Position numbers and translations under genes: made by a program
Shown here: piece after piece, positions 52,563 to 62,636 of the stretch
How positions within the stretch are numbered: the first letter of the stretch is position 1
How the letters are laid out: each line of letters opens with the position of its first letter
Source: Eledone cirrhosa
Taxonomy: Eukaryota
Length of the DNA: 64,000 bases
Reading direction: 5' to 3'
NCBI GenBank assembly: GCA_964016885.1
Contig: OZ024753.1
Span: 14,508,001 to 14,572,000 of the forward strand
Notes under the pieces: model-generated
Told to the model about the DNA's origin: nothing
The model's database searches: none
What the model saw: only the letters and a program-made list of their open reading frames with translations

Positions 52563-52762
52563 ATATATATATATATATATTTTTTTTTAAATATATAAAT
52601 TTATTTATATATTTTTAAATATATAAATAAATAAATGCCATTGTTAACTAATACCTTAACACTTCACACAAAGTAAAATATTTTGTTTTAAACATTTTCT
52701 AACTCTAAAAATAAAAGGAAAAAAAAAATTTTTCTTCCTAATAATCGTCTTTTCCTCCCTAT

Positions 52763-52818
<56 letters not shown>

Positions 52819-52820
<2 letters not shown>

Positions 52821-53178
52821 TTTTTGTATTTGTTTTGCAAGATTTTTTTATTTCAAAACGTGTCGAAACAGATATTATTATAGTTTGGGAGGAATTTGCT
52901 GCCAATAAAAAGCACACGTATGTTTCACATCAATTTATTATTATAATTTTTCAGTTGACTACTTTAATAACCAGATGGCACCTTAGTTCTTGATTGTCCT
53001 CAAAGTAGTCACCAAGGCGACGAGGTCACAGAATGTGTGATGACAGAGCTTTGATGACAATCAATAACTGATTATTAAACTAACTGACTAGGAAGTTATA
53101 ATAATATATTGAAGTAAAGTTCAGCAGGTGCTTGAGTTTTTTTATTGGTAGCATGACTCTCCCAAAGTATAACAATAT
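52819..53178. mobile_element. Asymmetric inverted-repeat element (related copy at 55879-56225)
   Basis: Shared left end ATTTGTTTTGC...GTGTCGAAACA; arms 52872-52911 / 53138-53178. Confidence 0.55.
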
Positions 53179-53555
53179 AATATAATATATATATATATAT
53201 ATATAGCTCATTCAAATAATTGTTAAGATTTAGTTTCTCCATCCATTTGATTATAAGAAATGGTACGCATCCATTTTCCTTCTATGAATGTTGAAAAAAA
53301 ATTGTTTTGAATAAAGTTATGAGACTACTATTTTATTACTTATCCCTGTTTTGTTTAAAATAATTTACCACATCTATTTATCTATATATACACACACATA
53401 TATATATATATATATTAGAAAAAGTTGGGGCCTGATGGCTGAGCTCTTGTTGTTTTGACAGCTAATTCTACTCTACTAGCTCAAGTATCGAGTACTTTGT
53501 TGAATAATAGTTGTACTAGTTTAATATTGGTTTCATCTTTATATATATATTTTTT

Positions 53556-53815
53556 AGTATATGTTGGTTGTTTACCGACACCTCAGTATGCAGATTGGAA
53601 CACTCGACGAAGTACGCAGGTTGGTTTGTTTACTCCAGAGTAATGTAAAATAATTAAGTCAAATAGGTAAAATATGGCTTCGTTTATTATAAATTATAGA
53701 TATACTGCTATATATATTTCAGTGACAGCCGAATAATGGCTGTCACCGAAATATATATAGCAGTATATCTATAATTTATAATAAATGAAGCCAAATTTTA
53801 CCTATTTGACTTAAT

Positions 53816-53822
<7 letters not shown>
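53556..53822 (-). mobile_element. Penelope-like element folded back at hammerhead stem II (arms 53646-53730 and 53738-53822)
   Basis: Centre reads GTGACAGCC-GAATAAT-GGCTGTCAC-C-GAAA-TATATA-TA-GCAG. Confidence 0.65.
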
Positions 53823-53860
<38 letters not shown>

Positions 53861-55163
53861 AATATATATATATATGTATATATAAATATATATATATACA
53901 TATATATAAATATATATATATACATATATATATATATATCATTGGCACAGATTAAAATTTAAATTTCAATCTGTGCCAATGATATATATGTGTATATATA
54001 TATATATAATATACACTCCCTGGACACTGGATATATATATATATACACACACATGCATATACACACAAACACATACACAATTATACATTTTTAAATCTCC
54101 TACAATATTTTTTCTGCTATAATCCCGGAGGTTTTGAATACAAAACTCCTGAATTTCCTTTGATGCACAAATTCAAATTCATTGCTTTTTGTTTTTGCTT
54201 TTTTCATTAAATGATTCTATCTTTTGTTTTTTGTGTCCCAAAATATTAATGACAATCTTTAATTATCTTGGAGAAGCCAAGACAATTATTTCTTATTTCT
54301 TCAGAATCTAACCGGTTTTTTTTTTTTATGTAAATTTATTTTAACTTTATTATATTTTCATAACTGTTATTTTTCTATATCAAATAAAGATTTGGAAAAA
54401 AAAAGAGAGAGATTTAAATAAGTAAATATTCAAAAAAGAAACATTTTATTTTGTGTCTATATATTTATCTGAATTATAGATGTAGCTCATGCAAGATATT
54501 TTAACAAATTTTGTTTTCTTTTATTTATTTAAAAAAAAAAAAAATTTAATATTTATTAAAACAGTGTGAGGTATGTGAAATAAAAAGCAGGGTTGTAATA
54601 GAAAGAAAACATTCTTGGGTATTATGAGGCGATGGATTGGTTGAGGGTTTGCAAGAGAGTGAGAGAGAGAGAGAGAGTGTGTGAGGGGGTCAGTGAAGGA
54701 GAAGGTAAGTGAGGCAGAAGGTAAGTGAGGAAGAACAAGAGATAGAAACAAATGGATTTAGAGAGAGCGAGAGAGAAGGGTGAGAGATTGAAAAAAATGA
54801 AAATGATAAAGAGGGTGTGAAACAAGGAGGGTAAGAGGGAAGGAAAGACAAAGAGAGCAAGAGAAATAGCAAAAAAAAAAAAAATAAGAGAGAGAGAAGA
54901 AAGCAAAAGGTGAGGGACAGACAGGATAATATTAAAAATACAGAAAAAAGAAAAAAAAGGCAAACACAAACATAAAACTAATATGACATAAATTCCCAAG
55001 ATTTTGACCAGACAGCATAGCTAATGAAATTTAATTCATAAATAACGATTTATAAAAATAACACCACCACCAACAACTAAATTATGCAATTCCACACAAT
55101 TATTTGCAAATAAAATGTGATTTAGCAATTACAACAACAAGAAAGTAATTATAATTATAATAA

Positions 55164-55441
55164 TTGTTTCTACTTTTGGCACAAGGCTAGCAATTATCCC
55201 AATGTATTACTGGTACTTTAAATGGTTTCTTATATAGGCGGCACGAGGCCAGCAGTTTGGGGGAGGGGGAAGTTGATTAAATCGACCCCAGTGTGTGACT
55301 GGTACTTTATTTTATCGACCCCGTAAGGATGAAAGGCAAAGTTAACCTCAGCAGGATCTGAACTCAGACAGTAAAGGGCCGTAACTCTGTGCTGCAAAGC
55401 ATGGCGTCCGATCCTCTACCAATACTGCCAATCCACCGCCC
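55164..55441 (-). mobile_element. SINE S1 (partial plus full copy)
   Basis: Matches the S1 consensus. Confidence 0.85.
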
Positions 55442-55643
55442 TATAATTATAATGATAATAATGAATTCTAAGCTAAGAACAAGGTTTGAGATTTTGTGAA
55501 AGAGGAAGAGACTAGACTCTCAATATCACGTTAATAGTGGCCACCAGAATATGTCTGGTATTATATTTTATTAATGCTAGAAAGATGAACAGCAAAGTCA
55601 ATCTCAATAGGATTTGAAATAAGAATGCAAACAAACATATGGG

Positions 55644-55855
55644 ATATACTGGAATATAAGCCCATACAAATATAAGCTGATCCCACTGTTTTATGTCTGA
55701 GAAAAGGGTAAAATATCCAAACCGTATTTACGGAGAATTTGAAGTTGGTGAAAATAGTCAAAATATTGACCTGAATATGAATATAAGACGACCCCCTTCT
55801 ACCATCCAATTTTTGGTCATATATTCCTTCTTGGCTTATATTTGAGTACATACAG
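55644..55855. mobile_element. pogo/Tigger-type MITE
   Basis: ATATACTGGAATATAAGCC / GGCTTATATTTGAGTACATACAG|TA; homologous to 57557-57736. Confidence 0.65.
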
Positions 55856-55878
55856 TATATATATATATATATATATAT

Positions 55879-56225
55879 ATTTGTTTTGCGAGGTTTTTGA
55901 TATGAAATCGTGTGTCGAAACAAATATTGTTATACTTGGGGAGGGTCATATTGTTGTAATAATATTGCCAGAATTAAAAACAGAACACACTCACTGTTTG
56001 GTTGGTTTTCGTTTCTGTATCTTTTATATCAGTGAATTCATTTGGTCCTCAATGTTTACCAATGACTGACCAATGATGGCATAGATATACAATACAACAG
56101 GCGGAACATAATAGCACCATTGACGATGTTGCAGATGTGAAAACCAACCAAACTGTGAGTATGTTCTGTGATTAATTCTGGCAATATTATTACAACAATA
56201 TGACCCTCCCCAAGTATAACAATAT
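55879..56225. mobile_element. Asymmetric inverted-repeat element (arms 55924-56010 and 56139-56225)
   Basis: About 87-bp imperfect arms, TA-flanked. Confidence 0.6.
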
Positions 56226-56355
56226 ATATATATATGTATGTATGGTATATTTGGCAATATACTGTTTGTTTAATTAAAAACACTTAGAAGATCATACACT
56301 ATCTGTTTTAAAGTAGTGACTATGTCGCTTACTTCTTTTCGGTGAAAGAAGGGAG

Positions 56356-56400
56356 AGAAGCTGACAGTCTGTTTCACGCTGATTGGCGTTCATCAGACCC
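56356..56400 (-). ncRNA. Hammerhead ribozyme motif (second, degenerate copy at 56615-56660)
   Basis: CTGATGA-ACGC/GCGT-GAAA-CA-GAC-TG-TC^; stem I is weak in this copy. Confidence 0.6.
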
Positions 56401-56702
56401 ACACACCCCACTGCTTTCGCCAAAAATTATAGAAGCTGGATTCTTATAGAATTCCAGTCAAAAATCAGGAGCTGATTATACAGACCGATTGCCGGTCCAG
56501 CAAAAATTAAGTATTAGGATTTGTGCTCTGAAATAGCGATGTATACATGAATGTATGTATAGTACATTTGGCAATATACCGTATGTTTAATTAAAAACAT
56601 TTAGAAGGCCATTTAGAAGCTGACAGTCTATTTCATGTTGGTTGGCGTTCATCAGAGACACGCACCCCACTGCTTCCGCATATATATATATATATATATA
56701 CA

Positions 56703-56863
56703 TTATTCCGGGTTGAGTCGGAGGTAACCACAGTAAGTAAGGTACTCAATACATTGCAGAGTATAAAAGTTTTAATATAGATGAGATTCTACAGGACTAG
56801 AACTGTTTCATTCTTTAGAAATCATCAGAAAGAATGAAACAGTTCTAGTCCTGTAGAATCTCA

Positions 56864-56870
<7 letters not shown>
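56703..56870 (-). mobile_element. Penelope-like family C copy 2 (arms 56775-56816 and 56829-56870)
   Basis: Hammerhead core CTGATGA-TTTC-TAAA-GAAT-GAAA-CAG/CTG-TA; 3' hairpin at 56744-56762. Confidence 0.7.
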
Positions 56871-56922
<52 letters not shown>

Positions 56923-57094
56923 ATATCAGCAAGTATTGCACCCCCAAAAAATATATATAAACGTCGGTGTGAAGGAAGGAGATTAGGAATTTATTTGCTT
57001 TAACATATGTTTCTGTGTCTATTATAATTATCTACATATGCTGACTACATTGTATATTGTTCAATCATATGCAATATTTAATTATACAAACACA

Positions 57095-57127
<33 letters not shown>

Positions 57128-57131
<4 letters not shown>

Positions 57132-57299
57132 ACAAAGTGGAGATGTTACATAGGATATTTATTGCTTAACCAGGATTGAGCAATAGATCTCCTATGTAAC
57201 ATCTCCACCTCGTTCTTATTATATATATTCTGCTCTGCATCATGTGCTGACTATGGTTCTCTCATCAGTTTTCTTTGAACCAGGATTTACTGAACTTTC

Positions 57300-57302
<3 letters not shown>
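57128..57302 (+). repeat. Inverted repeat (57128-57169 / 57176-57217) with a unique 3' tail, TA-flanked
   Basis: GTGGAGATGTTACATAGGA versus TCCTATGTAACATCTCCAC. Confidence 0.7.
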
Positions 57303-57348
<46 letters not shown>

Positions 57349-57412
57349 AGCGAATGTTCAACTGTCAAGGTTGTTTTCCATGGTTATGTCACTATTTATA
57401 AAACAAATTTTG

Positions 57413-57477
57413 TATTTTATCTGATGAAAGCACACCAAGATTGGTTTGGTTGCCCTTGAAATATATATAATAAAATA
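57413..57477 (+). ncRNA. Type I hammerhead ribozyme within a TA-flanked element (57347-57520)
   Basis: TATTTTAT-CTGATGA-AAG...CTT-GAAA-TATATA-TA^-ATAAAATA. The 8-bp stem I is extended by TATTTATAAAAC / GTTTTATAAATA. Confidence 0.78.
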
Positions 57478-57556
57478 ATTATGGTTTTATAAATATACTT
57501 TCCATTTATTATTATATTGTATATATATATATATACAGTATATATATATATATATA

Positions 57557-57736
57557 CTGTATATACTGGAATATAAGCTGAATGTCAGAGAAATGGGCAA
57601 AAATCTAAAGCTTATTTACGTAAAATTTGAAGTTGGTGAAAATCATCAAAATATTGACCCTGAATATAAGCTGACCCCACCTTCTACCAACAATTTTTGG
57701 TCACATATTTCTCAGCTTGTATTTGAGCATATATGG
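57557..57736. mobile_element. pogo/Tigger-type MITE
   Basis: TA|CTGTATATACTGGAATATAAGCTGA ... TCAGCTTGTATTTGAGCATATATGG|TA. Confidence 0.7.
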
Positions 57737-58180
57737 TAAATAAATTATTTCGTCCAGTGTCCTAATTAGTATACCAAATTCAACATACTCTTAACAATAA
57801 AGGATTCTACCTTTGGCAGGCCTAAGGCCAGACATTTTACTTAATCAAATACTTTACTGGTTCCTTATTTTATTGACCTAAAAAGGATGAAAGGTAAATT
57901 GGATCATGGCAAGATCTGACCTTGGAACACAAAGAGCTAGAAGAAATTCTGCTATGAATTTTTCTGCTGCTCTAGCAACTCTGCTACTGCCCTCTGTAGG
58001 CAGAAAGGGAGTAATTAATGTATGGTGACCATATCCACACTTGTGTATATCAATTAAGTTGGCATTATCTTTGTCTGTTCCATCATCATTTTAGTTTTGA
58101 TTGCCTCCAGAATGTAACCTTATTAAAGCCGTGCTAGCGTGGAAGATAGACGTTAAACGAAGAAGATGATGATGATGATG

Positions 58181-58260
58181 AAGGTGTCTGATGATATCAT
58201 AGCAGTGGTTGGCCGGAAATGCATGGGCTCTGTCATCATTGAAATATATATTACAGCCTT
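58181..58260 (+). ncRNA. Degenerate type I hammerhead
   Basis: AAGGTGT-CTGATGA-(decayed long stem II)-GAAA-TATATA-TT^-ACAGCCTT. Confidence 0.5.
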
Positions 58261-58306
58261 ATAAATAAAGGACTTTCACATCAGCAACTACTTCACATTT
58301 TCTTAT

Positions 58307-58338
<32 letters not shown>

Positions 58339-58339
<1 letters not shown>

Positions 58340-58541
58340 TAATATAGAAAAGCTTCTACAGGACTAGAACTGTTTCATTCGTGAGAAATCATCAGGAAGC
58401 TGGCTGTCCAAGTCATGATGATTTCTCACGAATGAAACAGTTCTAGTCTTGTAGAAGCTTTTCTATATTAAAATATTTATACTATGCTATGTATTGAGTA
58501 CCTTACTTACTGTGGTTACCTCCGATTCAACCTGGAATAAC
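58339..58541 (+). mobile_element. Penelope-like family C copy 3 (arms 58339-58394 and 58416-58471)
   Basis: Same family as the 37648 and 56703 copies, with a different inversion breakpoint. Confidence 0.7.
58351..58401 (-). ncRNA. Complete type I hammerhead ribozyme
   Basis: AGCTTC-CTGATGA-T-TTC/TCAC/GAA-T-GAAA-CAG-TTCTAGTC-CTG-TA^-GAAGCT. All three stems pair. Confidence 0.82.
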
Positions 58542-58542
58542 A

Positions 58543-58623
<81 letters not shown>

Positions 58624-58934
58624 GAAGGGTATAGAAAGTGTTGTAGCAAGAAGCCAACAGTATTCCATAATATATAAGTGACTATAGCGTCAAAATGGGA
58701 AAACAGTTAACGTAAGATGTGGGTATTATTATTGATATATACATTGATATATATATAAATATATTGATATATATATATATTGATATATATATATATATAT
58801 CAATAATAAATGTAAGGGGAAAATAGAGAAAATAAATAATCTTTTCTCCAAAGTCCCAACTGCAGTTTCACCGATGGGCATGCAGTTATAATGCCATGAA
58901 AGTGCACCAAGTGTTTATGATATATATATATATA

Positions 58935-59612
58935 TCATCATCATCACCATTTAATGTCCATTTATCCACACTAGCATGGTTTAGATGAGTTGTTCTATAG
59001 CTGAATGCCCTTCCTAATGCCAATGGCATTTACAGTGTAGATTGGTTGCTTTTTATTATGACACCCAAATAACCACTTTACGGTGTGGACTGTGTGCATT
59101 TTATCATGGCAGCAACATGACAACTTTACAGGGTGGACTGTGTGCATTTTGTCATGACAGCAACATGACAACTTTACAGGGTGGACTGTGTGCATTTTGT
59201 CATGACAGCAACATGACAACTTTACAGGGTGGACTGTGTGCATCTTGTCATGACATCAACATGATCACTTTACAGTGTAGACTGGGTGCTTTTTGTCATG
59301 TCATCAACATGACCACTTTACAGTGTAGACTGGGTGCTTTTTGTCATGTCATCAACATGACCACTTTACAGTGTAGACTGGGTGCTTTTTGTCATGTCAT
59401 CAACATGATCACTTTACAGTGTAGACTGGGTGCTTTTTGTCATGTCATCAACATGAACACTTTACAGTGTGGACTGGGTGCCTTTTGTCAGGACACCAAC
59501 ATAATCACTTCATAGTGTGGCCTGGTTGCTGTTTGTCAGGACACCAACATGGCCACTTTGCAGTGTCGACTGGGTGCCTTTTGACATGAGACCAACACAA
59601 CCACTTTACCAT
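58935..59612 (-). repeat. RTE/SINE tail with its 48-bp module expanded to about 12 tandem copies
   Basis: Unit CACTTTACAGTGTAGACTGGGTGCTTTTTGTCATGTCATCAACATGAC, adjoining a (CAT)n tail and ATGCCCTTCCTAA. Confidence 0.85.
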
Positions 59613-59693
59613 ATGGCCACCATTCAGTACATAAATGTAGAAATCTAAATTTTCACATACACACACATGTACATATATGTGTGTGTGTGTGAG

Positions 59694-59727
<34 letters not shown>

Positions 59728-59794
59728 TATGTATATATGTACATACCTATATATATATATATACATGTATATATGTACATATATATATATATAT

Positions 59795-59857
<63 letters not shown>

Positions 59858-60272
59858 TAGATGCATGTATGTGCGTAGATTATATAAATGGCGTAAATCT
59901 GAAATTAGAGCAGGCCTCAGAAAGAAAGAACGAAAGAAAGATAGACAGAAGGAAAGTGTGTAGAAAAGTAAAAGTATGAAGGATAGGTTCAAACAAACCT
60001 ATTCTTAGTTTTCATTTGTGGTGAAGGAAGGTTATTTAAGAAAGAGTGGACATTTAATTGGTACAGATCTATTGATTAGGCAGCGGCATGTATTGAAAAG
60101 TAGAGGTCTAGTTGATTGGGGCGGATGGTTGGATGGGAAGGAAGGTGAGGACATCACATTAAAACCACTCTCAAAACAAGCTAGAGACACAAGAAAACTA
60201 ATTTGTCTCCCACATTAATTAGTGCTTGCTTTCTTATTATATGTATATATATGTATATATATATATATATAC

Positions 60273-60316
<44 letters not shown>

Positions 60317-60378
60317 TTTTTTGTATATACATATATATATACATATTTTATATGTATATATATATATATATATATATT

Positions 60379-60711
60379 ATCATCATTTCATTTTACGTCC
60401 GCTTTTCCCTGCTTACAAGGGTGGGACGGGAACTGATTCTGGCTTGATTTCTACAGCTCGATGCCTTTCCTAACACCAACCTCATTTACAGTGAGTGCTG
60501 GGTACTTTTTTGCCGTGGCACCTCCAGGACCACTTTGCAGTGGAATGATAGAGACCCCAGTCCCTATCATCTCATTTCTACAGCTGAGTAAACTGGAGCA
60601 ATGTGAAATAAAGTGTCTTGCTCAAGGAAACAACATATCACCCGGTCTGAGAATTGAACTTACAACCTTTCGATTGCAAGGCCAATGCTCTAACCACTAA
60701 GCCATGTGCCT
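60379..60711 (-). mobile_element. SINE S2
   Basis: Matches the S2 consensus. Confidence 0.9.
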
Positions 60712-61004
60712 ATATAGTAATAATAAATCTTCATTGCTATCATGATGATGATGATCATCATTTTACATAGTATAACTATATATTACTAAAACTCTGTGAT
60801 TTCATACAGCCAAAATGGCACATAATGGGAAAATACTTTGAAAGGAAGTTGACCCTGAAAACAAGTTTCACATAAATTGGAGCACGGGTTCCCGAGATAT
60901 GGGGTTTTTCTGGGTACTTTCATAAATAGCGAGAAAGAGATAGTGGTTGAGAGAGAATACATTGAAAGAGAGACATAGAGAGAGAATATTTATATACACA
61001 CATA

Positions 61005-61359
61005 TAGTAATAATAATAAATTTGAAGACCAAAATCCAAAGAGGGCTCGATAAGGATAAATTAAAATCAAATATATAAGAACCGTAGAGCAAATATTTAT
61101 TAAAATAACAGATTAAAGTTAAAGCAAAGAATCGCTGCTTTCACCCTTAACGGGATCTTCTGAAACTAACAAAGTCAATCTGTGAACGCAGAAGTGAATA
61201 TTTCAAAGAGTGTTACAACCAGAGGAAGACAAGAAGACGATACTTTGGTTCGTGGAAATGTTCCCTGGCAAAGAACGGGAAAAAACGAATTATTTGGAGC
61301 CAAGACGTAAAATATCCGCGTATAGATTGTACTATCCGTTAAACTTTAATTTGTTATTT
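61005..61359 (-). mobile_element. Penelope-like element with a variant hammerhead at 61117-61167
   Basis: AGTTT-CAGAAGA-T-CCC/GGG-T-GAAA-GCA/TGC-TT^-TAACT. Inverted arm at 61332-61359 and 3' hairpin at 61045-61090. Confidence 0.65.
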
Positions 61360-61369
61360 TAATAAATAT

Positions 61370-61415
<46 letters not shown>

Positions 61416-61448
61416 TATATATATATAATATATATATATATAATATAT

Positions 61449-61482
<34 letters not shown>

Positions 61483-61548
61483 ATATATAATATATATATA
61501 TATATATAATATATGATGTGTTGTTACCGGGTGATGTGTTGTTTCCAT

Positions 61549-62268
61549 GGAGGCACATTGCTTAGTGGTTATAGCATTGGCCTTGCAATCCAAAGGTTGT
61601 GAGTTCAATTTTCAGACCAGGTGATGTGTTGTTTCCTTGAGCAAGACACTTTATTTCACATTGCTCCAGTTTACTCAGCTGTAGAAATGAGATGATAGGG
61701 ACTGGGGTCCATATCATTCCACTGCAAAGTGGTCATGGAGGTGCCTCGGCAAAAAAGCACCCAGCACTCACTGTAAATGAGGTTGGTGTTAGGAAGGGCA
61801 TCCAGCTGTAGAAATCAAGCCAGAATCAGTTCCCGTCCCACCCTTGCAAGCAGGGAAAAAGCGGACGTAAGATGAAATGAATGATGATGAATGATGATAT
61901 ATATATATATATATATATATATATTTCATTCATTTTTTCATTTTATTTTACGTCCGCTTTTTCTTTGCTTGCAAGGGTGGGACGGTAACTGATTCTGGCT
62001 TGATTTCTACAGCTGGATGCCCTTCCTAACACCAACCTCATTTACAGTGAGTGCTGGGTGCTTTTTTGCCGAGGCACCTCCATGACCACTTTGCAGTGGA
62101 ATGATATGGACCCCAGTCCCTATCATCTCATTTCTACAGCTGAGTAAACTGGAGCAATGTGAAATAGAGTGTCTTGCTCAAGGAAACAACACATCACCTG
62201 GTCTGAGAATTGAACTCACAACCATTGGATTGCAAGGCAATGCTCTAACCACTAAGACATGTGCCTCC
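61549..62268. mobile_element. Tail-to-tail inverted pair of full-length SINE S2 (61549-61897 +, 61925-62268 -)
   Basis: Separated by about 26 bp of (TA)n. Confidence 0.92.
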
Positions 62269-62277
62269 ATATATATA

Positions 62278-62304
62278 TAAGGCCCACATATATATATATG
62301 TGTA

Positions 62305-62341
<37 letters not shown>

Positions 62342-62372
62342 TAAGGCTCACACATATATATATATATGTGTA

Positions 62373-62416
<44 letters not shown>

Positions 62417-62636
62417 CGCCCACACATATATATATATAAATGTGTAATTTATATATATATATATATATAAGGCCCACACATATATATATATAAATGTGTA
62501 ATTTATATATATATATATATATATAAGGCCCACACATATATATATATATATATATATATAAATGTGTAATATATATATATATATAAGGCCCACACATATA
62601 TATATATATATATATATAAATGTGTAATATATATAT
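62278..62636. repeat. Compound minisatellite AAGGCCCACA-(TA)n-ATGTGTAATT-(TA)n, about 6 copies
   Basis: Direct repeat with variable TA lengths. Confidence 0.85.

Noticed and set aside
60860-60995. Helentron/DINE-like fragment (AAGTTTCA...GTTCCCGAGATAT)
   Set aside because: Only a vague resemblance in a single copy, with no terminal structures confirmed.
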